A stretch of DNA of 42,253 nt from an uncultured Candidatus Saccharibacteria bacterium. Its GTDB lineage: Bacteria; Patescibacteriota; JACPGU01. The notes under the pieces were generated by a model. That model saw nothing but the letters and a program-made list of their open reading frames with translations. It had not been told where the DNA came from and searched no databases. Below are positions 26,881 to 35,746 of the stretch, piece by piece (position 1 is the stretch's first letter; every line of letters starts with the position of its first letter). The stretch lies in contig CAYHEQ010000004.1 of the NCBI GenBank assembly GCA_964355795.1, positions 1 through 42,253 of the forward strand, given 5' to 3'. Both the position numbers and the translations under genes were made by a program.

Positions 26881-29193
26881 TTAAGATTGCGCTCTCGGAT
26901 TTCTACTACTAGGCCATTCCTCTACCATCAAAAATTCTTTTTTGCCAGCAAGGGGCAAGATCTGGTAGATTTCTTCGGTGATGAAAGGGATCATCGGGTG
27001 CAGGAGAATGAGAGAATTTTTCAAAATGAAAAGGAGGTTGTCTTTAGTTTCTTTTTCAATTCTTAATTGCTCTGCGTTTTTATTATTTGGATTTTGAGTA
27101 TTGGGTATTGTTTGTGATTTGTGATTTGTGATTTGTGATTTTGTTTCCTCTATATACTTATCGCAAAATTCGTGCCAGAAAAAATGATAGATCTCTTCTG
27201 CCGCTTGACCGAAACGGAATTTTCCCAGATTGTCATGGTAGGATTTTTTTAATTCTGCAAATTTTAATTTAATCTCTCGATCAGCCTCGGTATTTTCGGT
27301 AAAATCAAGCTCGCCTCGCTGTTCATAGCCATCCAGCTTCATCAAAACAAAGCGCGTGGCGTTCCAGATCTTGTTCATAAAGGTCTTGGCCATTTGCAAA
27401 ACATCCTCGGAAAATTTGATATCCGGTGTGCCGGTGGTTTGGTAAATCAAGCCAAATCGTGTCGCGTCAGCGCCATATTTCTCCACCATAAGCAGAGGGT
27501 CGATGCCAGTGCCGAGCGACTTGCTCATCCTTTTCCCTTCTTTGTTAAAGACGGTTGGGTTGATATAGATAGTGTGAAAAGGCGCTTCGCCCATAAATTC
27601 AATCCCTGAAAAAAGCATGCGCACCTCCCAGAGATTGATAATCCCGCGGTCGGTGACATTGATGGAATTCGGATAGTATTTTTCCAAATCTGTTTTCTTG
27701 TTTTCTTGACTTCTTGACTTCTTGACTTCTTGACCATCGGGCCAACCGAGAGTCGCAAATGGCCACAGCGCCGATGAAAACCAAGTATCCAGAACATCTT
27801 CCGATTGAACCATATCGCAATCACTGCAGAAAGGGCATTTTTCTGGCCTATTGGCTGAAACAATGCATTGGTTTTGAATTTTAGATTTTGGATTTAAGGT
27901 TTGTTTGGGATTTGAGATTTGGGATTTGAGATTTTCTGCCGTTTGGTTTTTACAAAACCAAACAGGCAGTTGGTGTCCCCACCAGATCTGACGGCTGATA
28001 CACCAATCGCGGATATTTTCCAGCCAATGCATCGCTGTCCCCTCGTATTGTTCGGGGATGATTTTCACCTTACCTGATTTTAACGCTTCAATCGCGGGCT
28101 TGATTAATTCCGCCATTTTCACGAACCATTGCTTTGACGGGATTGGTTCGATAACGGTGTGGCAACGGTAACATTGCGCGCTATTGTGAATATAGTTGTC
28201 GTCAATGCGATCAATCAGCCCCATTTTTTCCATATCAGCCACGATGACTTTTCGCGCCTCCAGTGTCGTCAAACCTGCATATTTGCCACAATTGGCCATC
28301 ATCTTGCCATCTTCGTCTATTATTTGCTTTAATGGCAAATGATGGCGAAGCGAGATATCGTAATCCACAGAGTCATGGGCGGGAGTGACCTTGATAGCTC
28401 CCGAACCAAAGGCGGGATCTACCATCTCGTCAGCGACCACGGTGATCTCAAATTCGCCCAAGACCCCGGGAATCATATATTTCTTACCCACCATCTCGCG
28501 GTATCTTTCGTCAGACGGATGAACCGCCACCGCGGTATCGCCGAGTTTCGTCTCCGGACGAGTGGTTGCTAAAACAAAGGGGCCATATTTGATCCAATAC
28601 AATTTCGTTTTTTCTTCCTCGTGTTCTATCTCCAAATCAGACAAAGAGGTCTTGCATCTCGGACACCAATTGACCACTCTCTCGCCTTGATAAATATAGC
28701 CCTTGTCCCAATAGTGCTTGAAGGCGACGAGAACTGCGCGAGAATAACCTTCATCCATCGTGAAACGAGTGCGAGACCAGTCGCAGGAGACACCAAGTTT
28801 TTTCAGCTGTCCCAAAATAGTTGCCTCGTATTGATCCTTCCATTCCCAAACTTTTTCGACGAATTTTTCCCGCCCCAAATCAAAGCGATTCACCCCTTCT
28901 TTTTGTAATTTTTGTTCTACTTTGTACTGCGTGGCAATCCCCGCGTGATCGGTGCCGGGGATCCAAAGCGTTGGTCGTCCCTCCATTCTTTTTTGTCGAA
29001 TCAAAACGTCTTGCAAGGTATTGTTGAGCGTGTGCCCCATATGCAATTCGCCCGTCACATTGGGTGGGGGGATGGCAATGACAAAAGGTTCTCCTTTGGC
29101 TTTTTCGGAGGGCGAGAAATATCCCGACTTTTCCCAAAGCGGGTAGATTTTCCCTTCCACTTCGGCTGGATTGTAGGTTTTGGAGAGTTCCAT
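26881..29193 (-). CDS. valS: valine--tRNA ligase (with in-frame low-complexity insertions)
   Basis: PPPNVTGELHMGH (HIGH), RMSKSLGTG (KMSKS), editing-domain block TTRPETKLGDTAVAVHP, and EDVLDTWFSS. Confidence 0.95.
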   Translation of the reverse strand: MELSKTYNPAEVEGKIYPLWEKSGYFSPSEKAKGEPFVIAIPPPNVTGELHMGHTLNNTLQDVLIRQKRMEGRPTLWIPGTDHAGIATQYKVEQKLQKEGVNRFDLGREKFVEKVWEWKDQYEATILGQLKKLGVSCDWSRTRFTMDEGYSRAVLVAFKHYWDKGYIYQGERVVNWCPRCKTSLSDLEIEHEEEKTKLYWIKYGPFVLATTRPETKLGDTAVAVHPSDERYREMVGKKYMIPGVLGEFEITVVADEMVDPAFGSGAIKVTPAHDSVDYDISLRHHLPLKQIIDEDGKMMANCGKYAGLTTLEARKVIVADMEKMGLIDRIDDNYIHNSAQCYRCHTVIEPIPSKQWFVKMAELIKPAIEALKSGKVKIIPEQYEGTAMHWLENIRDWCISRQIWWGHQLPVWFCKNQTAENLKSQISNPKQTLNPKSKIQNQCIVSANRPEKCPFCSDCDMVQSEDVLDTWFSSALWPFATLGWPDGQEVKKSRSQENKKTDLEKYYPNSINVTDRGIINLWEVRMLFSGIEFMGEAPFHTIYINPTVFNKEGKRMSKSLGTGIDPLLMVEKYGADATRFGLIYQTTGTPDIKFSEDVLQMAKTFMNKIWNATRFVLMKLDGYEQRGELDFTENTEADREIKLKFAELKKSYHDNLGKFRFGQAAEEIYHFFWHEFCDKYIEETKSQITNHKSQTIPNTQNPNNKNAEQLRIEKETKDNLLFILKNSLILLHPMIPFITEEIYQILPLAGKKEFLMVEEWPSSRNPRAQS
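27113..27140. repeat. 7-nt x4 tandem repeat inside valS
   Basis: tgtgatt x4, part of the in-frame segment ...QITNHKSQTIPNTQNPNNKN.... Confidence 0.85.
27705..27735. repeat. 8-nt x~4 tandem repeat inside valS
   Basis: cttgactt x3 plus cttgacc, encoding ...GQEVKKSRSQE.... Confidence 0.85.
27870..27934. repeat. T/G-rich stuttered repeat inside valS
   Basis: ggttttgaattttagattttggatttaaggtttgtttgggatttgagatttgggatttgagatttt encodes ...ENLKSQISNPKQTLNPKSKIQNQ... between the WFCKNQ and CPFCSDC blocks. Confidence 0.8.
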
Positions 29194-29235
29194 TATATGC
29201 TTGATATGAAATAGTATATTGTGAGAATGACCCTA

Positions 29236-30360
29236 CTAGCAAACAAAGTCAAGATAATTATCTCTGTTAATGACGGTGACTTGAGCGTCTGGATAAGAAC
29301 CCGCAAAATCTTTCGGAATGGAAAAATCATCTTTTTTCCATTTTATTTCGTAACCGAATATCTGACCATCTCCTTCTTCTATCCAGTCAATCTCTTTTTG
29401 ATCATAATTCCTCCAAAAATAATGATTGAAATAATTCCCCTTATAGCTGTTTCTTTTTATCCTTTCCATGATAACAAAATTTTCCCATATCTCCCCGATG
29501 TCATTTCTACTCTCCGTGTCGTTGAATTGTCCGATAACCGCGTTACGAATACCGTTGTCGTAAAAATAATATTTGTTCTTTTTGGATATTTCTTTTCTCA
29601 AGTTTTTATTAAAACCACTCACCGCTTTGACAACAAAGGTTTTTTCCAAAAGATCCAAATACTTCTCTACTGTTCTGGAGTTAAGCCCCAGCTGGGTGGC
29701 CAATTCATTGACGGAAACAGGCTTGCCTATTTGGAAGGCAAGTAATTTCAATAGCTTAATCAAGGCGGTGGGATTTTTGATATTTTCTAGAGCTAAAATG
29801 TCTTTGAATAGATAGGACGCTACCGTCTCGTTGAGAATTTTTATTTTTTCTTCTTTACTCTTCGCTAAAACAACTTCGGGGTATGAGCCAAAAAGCAGAA
29901 AATCGTCTAGTTTCTCTTTGAGCTCAAATTTGTTATACATATTCAAAAGTTCCATTTGCGCGATGGGGTAAAGCGTCAAAGTCGTTTTTCTTCCGGTCAA
30001 AGGCTCACCGATTTTGTTCGCCAAATCAAAAGACGAAGAGCCGGTGGCAATAACCAGTATCCCCGGGATTTGATCGATAATTATCTTCAGTCCCATACCG
30101 ATATCGGGGATCTGCTGGGCTTCGTCAATGGCGATTAGCTCGTACCCCGAGACATATTCCGATATATTGGAAAAATTTTGCGACCCCAAAATCTGTCGGG
30201 TCAAAATATTGTCCCCCGAATCTAATTTATATTTTTTATCAACAGCGGACAGGTATTGTTTGAGGAGGGTGGTCTTACCTACTCTCCTTGGGCCATAGAT
30301 AACCAGAACCTTGCCAATCCCTAGGTATTGTCCTATGTTGTTGTAATATCTTGGAATCAT
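29236..30360 (-). CDS. AAA+ ATPase (COG1373-like, DUF4143-type C-terminus)
   Basis: Walker A VIYGPRRVGKTTLL and Walker B ELIAIDEAQ. The first ATG is at 30360. The track start at 30384 is a TTG. Confidence 0.85.
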   Translation of the reverse strand: MIPRYYNNIGQYLGIGKVLVIYGPRRVGKTTLLKQYLSAVDKKYKLDSGDNILTRQILGSQNFSNISEYVSGYELIAIDEAQQIPDIGMGLKIIIDQIPGILVIATGSSSFDLANKIGEPLTGRKTTLTLYPIAQMELLNMYNKFELKEKLDDFLLFGSYPEVVLAKSKEEKIKILNETVASYLFKDILALENIKNPTALIKLLKLLAFQIGKPVSVNELATQLGLNSRTVEKYLDLLEKTFVVKAVSGFNKNLRKEISKKNKYYFYDNGIRNAVIGQFNDTESRNDIGEIWENFVIMERIKRNSYKGNYFNHYFWRNYDQKEIDWIEEGDGQIFGYEIKWKKDDFSIPKDFAGSYPDAQVTVINRDNYLDFVC

Positions 30361-30477
30361 ACCGCCATCATACTCCCAATACAAAAATTTGTCAATATCT
30401 TTGTAGTATCAACACAAATATTTAGTATATTTTGTGTATTTATGGCTATTTTAGCCCCCATATCTATGCTTTGAGAC

Positions 30478-30514
30478 AAAAAATAAAAGGAGCAAATGTT
30501 TTCACATTTGCTCC
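30478..30514 (-). terminator. intrinsic terminator after the 339-aa ORF
   Basis: The minus strand reads ggagcaaatg-tgaaaa-catttgctcc followed by ttttatttttt. Confidence 0.7.
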
Positions 30515-30539
30515 CCCAGAGGGAAAGATCAAAGAGAGT

Positions 30540-31559
30540 TCAAGCGTGAAGCTCCAATGGGACTCCCTGGACGGACACACCAATCCTGTCATTGGCAAGC
30601 CTGCAATACCAATCGTCGTTGACATTGACACCATCGTCGCTACCGTAGATGCACAGAGGGTCGTCGGGATCAGGAGTGTTCGTCCGAGACCACGTGGTCA
30701 TGCGCAATTTGGCGTCAAGCGCTCTGACCAGATTGAGCATTAGGGTATCGCTGGATACTGTGGCGATATCCATCTTCTTCTTGGCGACTACCGCTTGTTG
30801 CACATCCCAATCTCTCATGGCGGTCCACAGAGGGTGTTCGTAGCCGATCCGCCAGCACCATTTGGTGGAGGCGGGCTCTTGCGCCCACTGATGGTTTGGC
30901 CCCAAGAACCAATTGGAATAGAAAACATTGTTCCTGATCGTCCCTGGTCCGAGGTTGTCGTGAGCCACTCTCCACCACAAGGATTGGTTAATGAGGTGGG
31001 TGGGCAGGTTGCCCTCTTTGGCAGGGACAGAGGGTGGACAGAGGTAGAGAATGAAGAGGGTTTTCCACTCTTTGGTTTTGCAGAGTTCAGAGAGCCCCCG
31101 TATGAGATCGGGAGTAATCTCAATCTCTCTGCCGTCTGGGGTAATGATGACCATGGGAATGTCTCTGGGCGCCCATCTTTCAGGTAGACCCAGAGGGTTC
31201 TCTCCTTCGGAACCAAGGAAGGCCTTTTCCACCTCGTCAGGACCGATGAAGATGCCGTTGTCAAACCGGCGGTAGGGGGAGAAGGGATCGAGAATCTCTT
31301 GGGGGATCTCGCCCTTTTGAAGAAGGGTGAGAAGCCGAAGAGCGGATTTTGGATCTATGCCAGGGGGGAGGGCTATCTGATTACCTCCTTCATAAAAAAC
31401 GGGCTCCCCCTTCAATACCGCTTTCAGCATACCTTCCACCACCGTCTTATCGCGTAAAGCTTGTTGCGCCTGCGCATGAGTGAGCTTACATGACTTCAGG
31501 GTTTTGATGATAAAAATCGTCATATCGAAAGCCTGATCGCCACTTGTCGGTTTGCTCAT
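30540..31559 (-). CDS. hypothetical Trp-rich protein
   Basis: The start is set at ATG 31559 (AAGGAGGTG 5 nt upstream). 339 aa with no family recognised. By eye it is more G+C-rich than its neighbours. Confidence 0.6.
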   Translation of the reverse strand: MSKPTSGDQAFDMTIFIIKTLKSCKLTHAQAQQALRDKTVVEGMLKAVLKGEPVFYEGGNQIALPPGIDPKSALRLLTLLQKGEIPQEILDPFSPYRRFDNGIFIGPDEVEKAFLGSEGENPLGLPERWAPRDIPMVIITPDGREIEITPDLIRGLSELCKTKEWKTLFILYLCPPSVPAKEGNLPTHLINQSLWWRVAHDNLGPGTIRNNVFYSNWFLGPNHQWAQEPASTKWCWRIGYEHPLWTAMRDWDVQQAVVAKKKMDIATVSSDTLMLNLVRALDAKLRMTTWSRTNTPDPDDPLCIYGSDDGVNVNDDWYCRLANDRIGVSVQGVPLELHA

Positions 31560-31737
31560 AACGCACCTCCTTCGTTTTTGCCCCAATCGGTCTGAAAGGG
31601 GCGAGCGCCTTAATTCTTAAGGTTCGCTTTACTGCGTGGATACATTATACCACCACAGGGCTTCTTGTCAACCTTTTTGGCTTGATTGAGCGAATATGGT
31701 GGAATTACTTCGGGGCTCAACTTATAAGCAACCTTTC

Positions 31738-31765
31738 TTGACACTACTAATCCATAGTATATACT
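31738..31765 (+). promoter_or_regulatory. sigma70-like promoter for the RelB/RelE-type operon
   Basis: TTGACA-16 nt-TATACT, ending 8 nt before the ATG at 31773. Confidence 0.5.
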
Positions 31766-31772
31766 TTGGTTA

Positions 31773-32048
31773 ATGAAAACTGTCATCAATATCAAGACCG
31801 ACAAAGTGGTGAAAGAAAACGCGCAAGAGATCGCGCGCGATTTGGGTCTGTCTTTGAGCGACATTGTCAATGCTTCGCTCCGTAATTTCATTAAAACACG
31901 GGAGATATATATTTCCGCCGTACCGCAAATGACCCCGGAATTGGAACGGCTTTTAGGCCCTATTGAAAAAGATATCGTTTTCGGCAAAAAGCTTTCTCCT
32001 GCTTTTTCTTCCGCCGATGAAGCTCTCGGCTATCTCGACACGCTATGA
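31773..32048 (+). CDS. RelB/DinJ-family antitoxin
   Basis: MKTVINIKTDKVVKENAQEIARDLGLSLSDIVNASLRNFI ribbon-helix-helix pattern. ATGA overlap with the downstream toxin gene. Confidence 0.8.
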   Translation: MKTVINIKTDKVVKENAQEIARDLGLSLSDIVNASLRNFIKTREIYISAVPQMTPELERLLGPIEKDIVFGKKLSPAFSSADEALGYLDTL

Positions 32049-32305
32049 TCGTTCTCTACCACAAAAACTTTGAAAAGGATTTCAAAAAGCTCTCCGCCAA
32101 ACAAAAAGAAAAGTGCAAAGAACGCCTCACGCTCTTTTTTCAAGACGAATTCGGGCTTATCTTAGGGAATCATCCTTTGAGGGGAAAATATCAGGGCTAT
32201 CGCAGTATCAATATCGGTGGCGACCTCCGCGCGCTTTACAAAAAAACCGCGAGAAATGCGGTTATTTTCGTAGCCGTCAATACGCATAACAAGCTGTACA
32301 AATAA
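32045..32305 (+). CDS. RelE/YafQ-family toxin
   Basis: KNFEKDFKKL...HPLRGKYQGYRSINIGGDLRALYK...VIFVAVNTHNKLYK. Confidence 0.8.
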   Translation: MIVLYHKNFEKDFKKLSAKQKEKCKERLTLFFQDEFGLILGNHPLRGKYQGYRSINIGGDLRALYKKTARNAVIFVAVNTHNKLYK

Positions 32306-32308
32306 TGC

Positions 32309-33604
32309 TCACAGGTTTTTGCTCGACGCGACCTCAAAATTCATTTTGCTTAATTGCTTAATTGGTTTTTTGGTTAATTGGAACAAAGCGCAGGTCGCGA
32401 CCATTGTCGCGTTGTCGCCACAGTATTTGAGAGGGGGTAGAACGAGATTTGGATGTCCGACATCGAACCCGCTAGATGACGGACATCTCAGCTCACCTAG
32501 AGTAATCGCCATTTTTTCGCGCAAACGTTTGTTGGCGGCGACGCCTCCGGCGATAGAGATGGTCTTGGCTTTGTATTTTTGCGCGGCGCGGATAGTTTTC
32601 GCCACCAAAACATCAGTGGCGGCTTCTTCAAATTCGTAGGCGAACGATCCTTTTCGCGCTTCAGCCGAGGTCGCACCTCCGTCCGCTACGCTCTCCGAGG
32701 AACGACCCCCACTTTCGCGTTGCCAAGCATACAAAACGGCAGTTTTGAGACCGGAAAAGGAAAAATTGAGGTCCTTGCTGTCTAGCATAGGACGAGGGAA
32801 GGTTAGGCCAGTGTTGAGTGTTGAGTGTTGAGTGTTGAGTTTAGGATTTTGAATTTGAGATTTGTTTGTGTTTTGTGAAGTTTGTGTTTTGTGAAGTTTT
32901 TTTCGGTATTCATCCGCATATCGCGAGACGCTCGGTCCTCCGGGGTATCCCAACCCCAAAATCCTCGCCACTTTATCAAAGGCCTCCCCCGCCGCGTCAT
33001 CCAAGGTCTCGCCCAGCGTCTGATATTGACCATGGTCTTTCATTAAAATAAGCGAGGTATGCCCACCAGAGACCAGCAATATGATTGCTGGAAATTCGAA
33101 GGGGGTTGCGTTTAGGTTGAAATTTTGGATTTGTAATTTGTTTGTGTTTTGTGTTTTGTAATTTGTGTTTTCGCGAATTTTATCGGAGATAAAATTCGCG
33201 TAGATGTGTCCCTCCAAATGATTCACCGGTATCAAGGGCTTCCCCCACGCCAGCGCCAATGATTTGGCGGTATTAACGCCTACCAGAAGCGAGCCAATCA
33301 GCCCTGGATAGGCGGTAACGGCGATAGCGTCTATCTGTCGAGGTGTCACCTCGGCATCTTTGAACGCCTTATCAATGACAGAGATGATCTGCTCCACATG
33401 AGCGCGAGAAGCCACTTCTGGCACCACCCCGCCGGTTAAAGCGTGGATATCCACTTGAGAGGCAATAACAGATGACAAAACGTGTGCTCCTTTTTGAAGT
33501 CGCACTTCGTCTGGTGCCGAAGAACGACTTCTTTGAGGAGCGCGCAACTCCACCACCGAAGCGGCCGTCTCATCACAACTTGTTTCAATGCCTAGAATAA
33601 TCAT
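32309..33604 (-). CDS. tsaD: tRNA N6-adenosine threonylcarbamoyltransferase TsaD (insertion-rich)
   Basis: MIILGIETSCDETAASVV, NHLEGHIYANF, VSGGHTSL, GGVAANKRLRE. At 431 aa it is clearly longer than the family norm because of several inserts. Confidence 0.9.
   Translation of the reverse strand: MIILGIETSCDETAASVVELRAPQRSRSSAPDEVRLQKGAHVLSSVIASQVDIHALTGGVVPEVASRAHVEQIISVIDKAFKDAEVTPRQIDAIAVTAYPGLIGSLLVGVNTAKSLALAWGKPLIPVNHLEGHIYANFISDKIRENTNYKTQNTNKLQIQNFNLNATPFEFPAIILLVSGGHTSLILMKDHGQYQTLGETLDDAAGEAFDKVARILGLGYPGGPSVSRYADEYRKKLHKTQTSQNTNKSQIQNPKLNTQHSTLNTGLTFPRPMLDSKDLNFSFSGLKTAVLYAWQRESGGRSSESVADGGATSAEARKGSFAYEFEEAATDVLVAKTIRAAQKYKAKTISIAGGVAANKRLREKMAITLGELRCPSSSGFDVGHPNLVLPPLKYCGDNATMVATCALFQLTKKPIKQLSKMNFEVASSKNL
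32810..32898. repeat. tandem repeats inside tsaD
   Basis: gtgttga x4 (32810-32837) and ttgtgttttgtgaagt x2 (32865-32896), encoding ...KKLHKTQTSQNTNKSQIQNPKLNTQHSTLNT.... Confidence 0.85.
33108..33172. repeat. T/G-rich stuttered repeat inside tsaD
   Basis: gcgtttaggttgaaattttggatttgtaatttgtttgtgttttgtgttttgtaatttgtgtttt encodes ...RENTNYKTQNTNKLQIQNFNLNA.... Confidence 0.8.
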
Positions 33605-33678
33605 ATCCGAATCTTAATTCTAATTATTATCCTAATATACGCTAATATTTGAATATTATAGCCCTTTTCCGTCCAAAA

Positions 33679-33687
33679 TGCTATAAT
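33679..33687 (+). promoter_or_regulatory. extended -10 (TGCTATAAT) upstream of the FemAB-family gene
   Basis: tgctataatct. The same word occurs at 39160-39170. Confidence 0.4.
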
Positions 33688-33768
33688 CTGAATGAGATTA
33701 TTTTCCGCGTTAATCCGCGCCTGCCTGCCGGCAAAGGCAGGTAAACATCTGCGTAATTCCGCGACATT

Positions 33769-34659
33769 ATGGATAATTTGCTACAATCCAAACACTGGGG
33801 GGAGTTCCAAAAAGCTCTTGGGAAAGAGGTCTTTTGGATTGAAAACGCGCTTTTGATCAAAAATCCTCTGCCGAAGGGCAAATGCTATCTTTCCTGCCCT
33901 TGGGGGCCGGAAGAACTAACGGGAGATTTTTTGTTCAAAGCCAAGATGTTGGCGCGGAAAGAAATGGCCATCTTCGTAAGAGTTGAGCCGAGAAACAGAT
34001 TTAAGATTCAGGATTCAAGATTCAAGATTAAAAAAACGAGGGATACCAACCCGAAGAATACTCTCGTTCTGGATCTATCCGCCAGCGAAGAGGAATTGTT
34101 GAAAAATCTCAAGCAGAAAACGCGATACAACATCAATCTTGCGACTAAAAAAGGCGTGAAGATTGAAACTACCACGAACCCAGAGAATATCAAAGTATTT
34201 TATGACATCATCAAAGAAACAAGCAAGAGAGACCGCATCAGAAATCATAGCAAAGAGTATTTCAAAAAAATGCTGGAAACCCTGGGGCGCGCAGGCGTAA
34301 TGAAGCTCTATCTGGCCAGATACGAGAACAAATACATCGCCGGTAATCTCGTAGCAAAATTTGGCAACACCACCACCTATCTCCACGGCGCGTCATCAGA
34401 CGAGGAACGCAATGTCATGGCGCCCTATCTCATGCAATGGGAAGCGATTCGCGACGGGAAGAAAGAAGGGTCAAAATATTACGACTTCTTTGGCATCGCT
34501 CCAGACGACAATCCGCGCCGAAAATGGGCGGGCATTACCCGCTTCAAAAAAGGTTTTGGCGGAAAGCAGATAGATCGCCCGGGGACTTATGATGTGGTGC
34601 TGTCGAGGGGGTGGTATTTGGTGTATAGAGTGTTTAGGATTTTGAATAAATTACGATAG
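33769..34659 (+). CDS. FemAB-family peptidoglycan peptide-bridge transferase
   Basis: LQSKHWGEFQ..., NLKQKTRYNINLATKKGV, YLHGASSDEERNVMAPYLMQWEAIRDGKKEGSKYYDFFGI, FKKGFGG. Confidence 0.8.
   Translation: MDNLLQSKHWGEFQKALGKEVFWIENALLIKNPLPKGKCYLSCPWGPEELTGDFLFKAKMLARKEMAIFVRVEPRNRFKIQDSRFKIKKTRDTNPKNTLVLDLSASEEELLKNLKQKTRYNINLATKKGVKIETTTNPENIKVFYDIIKETSKRDRIRNHSKEYFKKMLETLGRAGVMKLYLARYENKYIAGNLVAKFGNTTTYLHGASSDEERNVMAPYLMQWEAIRDGKKEGSKYYDFFGIAPDDNPRRKWAGITRFKKGFGGKQIDRPGTYDVVLSRGWYLVYRVFRILNKLR
33997..34035. repeat. stuttered repeat inside the FemAB-family gene
   Basis: agatttaagattcaggattcaagattcaagattaaaaaaa encodes RFKIQDSRFKIKK. Confidence 0.8.
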
Positions 34660-34664
34660 ACCCT

Positions 34665-35627
34665 ATGGGACACATGCGACCTATGCTCTACCTTTTTCAC
34701 GGTGAGGATGATTTCCTCTCTTCGCAAAAATTATCGGAATGGAAAAATATCTTCGTGAGCAAACACGGAGATTTTAATCTGTCCTATTTTGATGAGAGCA
34801 ACTTTGATTTTGGCGAAATGATCAATAGCATCAAAGCTTCTCCCTTCCTCGGAGAAAAAAGATTGATTGTTTTGGACGGACTTTTGGGAGCTTGGAAGAA
34901 AGAAGACAAAGAAAAATTTGAAAAAGTAATCGGAGAAATCCCCGAAACAACCATCGTCCTCTTCTACGAAAACGAGAAGCTGGATAGCCGAAATTCTCTG
35001 CTTAAACATTTCAGAAAAGAAAACATTAAAAATCATCAGGCTATGGACGAACTCAAATTGAATGCCTGGATGGCGGTAAAATTCCAAGAAACCGGCTATA
35101 TTGTTGAGCCACAAGCTCTGAAAGCGCTAACCACCATGACGGGGAGCAACACTCGGCAAATCTATAACGAAATCGGCAAATTGATGGCCTATCGTTTTGA
35201 GGAGAAAAAAATCACAGCAGATGATGTCCGAGAGCTGACAATTGCGCACGAGAATACCAATATCTTTGATTTCACGGGCGCGCTAGCGAGAAAAGATCTC
35301 AAAACCGCGCAAAAAATTTTGAAAAACATTTTTGATTCCGGCAAAGAAACCTATATTATTCTCTCTCTTATCGCGGGTCAATTTCGCAACCTCTTGGCGC
35401 TTAAAATCGCGCGAGAAGAAAAAATCTCTTCTGACGAAGTGGCCGAGAAATTGAAAATACATCCTTATCCACTGAAGCTTGCCGGCCAACAGCTTCACCA
35501 TTTCACCATGGAAAGATTGAAGGAAATCTACTCTCTGATTGCCGCCACCGATCTGGCTATCAAAACAGGCGAGATGGAGGAGAGACTGGCGCTGGATTTA
35601 CTGGTGGTGAAGATATGTGGGCACTAA
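34665..35627 (+). CDS. holA: DNA polymerase III delta subunit
   Basis: LYLFHGEDDFLSSQKL, PFLGEKRLIVL and a C-terminal helical domain. The start may be the Met at 34683. Confidence 0.8.
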   Translation: MGHMRPMLYLFHGEDDFLSSQKLSEWKNIFVSKHGDFNLSYFDESNFDFGEMINSIKASPFLGEKRLIVLDGLLGAWKKEDKEKFEKVIGEIPETTIVLFYENEKLDSRNSLLKHFRKENIKNHQAMDELKLNAWMAVKFQETGYIVEPQALKALTTMTGSNTRQIYNEIGKLMAYRFEEKKITADDVRELTIAHENTNIFDFTGALARKDLKTAQKILKNIFDSGKETYIILSLIAGQFRNLLALKIAREEKISSDEVAEKLKIHPYPLKLAGQQLHHFTMERLKEIYSLIAATDLAIKTGEMEERLALDLLVVKICGH

Positions 35628-35671
35628 TTTTGGTCACTAATTTTCGCTAATTAATTCGAATTATCGCGAAT

Positions 35672-35698
35672 AAAAAAACGGGGGTTGACCCGTTTTTT
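35672..35698 (+). terminator. intrinsic terminator after holA
   Basis: aaaaaaacggg-ggttga-cccgtttttt. Confidence 0.75.
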
Positions 35699-35746
35699 AG
35701 AAAAGCCGATTTTCGGCCCATTAAACTCTTGGCCCTGTTGGGCTGG

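Noticed and set aside
30457-30470. 14-nt exact match (cccatatctatgct) to the right element at 42031-42044
   Set aside because: A single 14-mer match in a 42-kb AT-leaning window is within chance expectation, and no flanking similarity is seen.
29236-31559. AAA ATPase plus 339-aa orphan as a two-gene defence operon
   Set aside because: A strong intrinsic terminator (30478-30514) and a 150-nt spacer separate them. No nuclease or sensor motifs were recognised. Not supportable from sequence alone.
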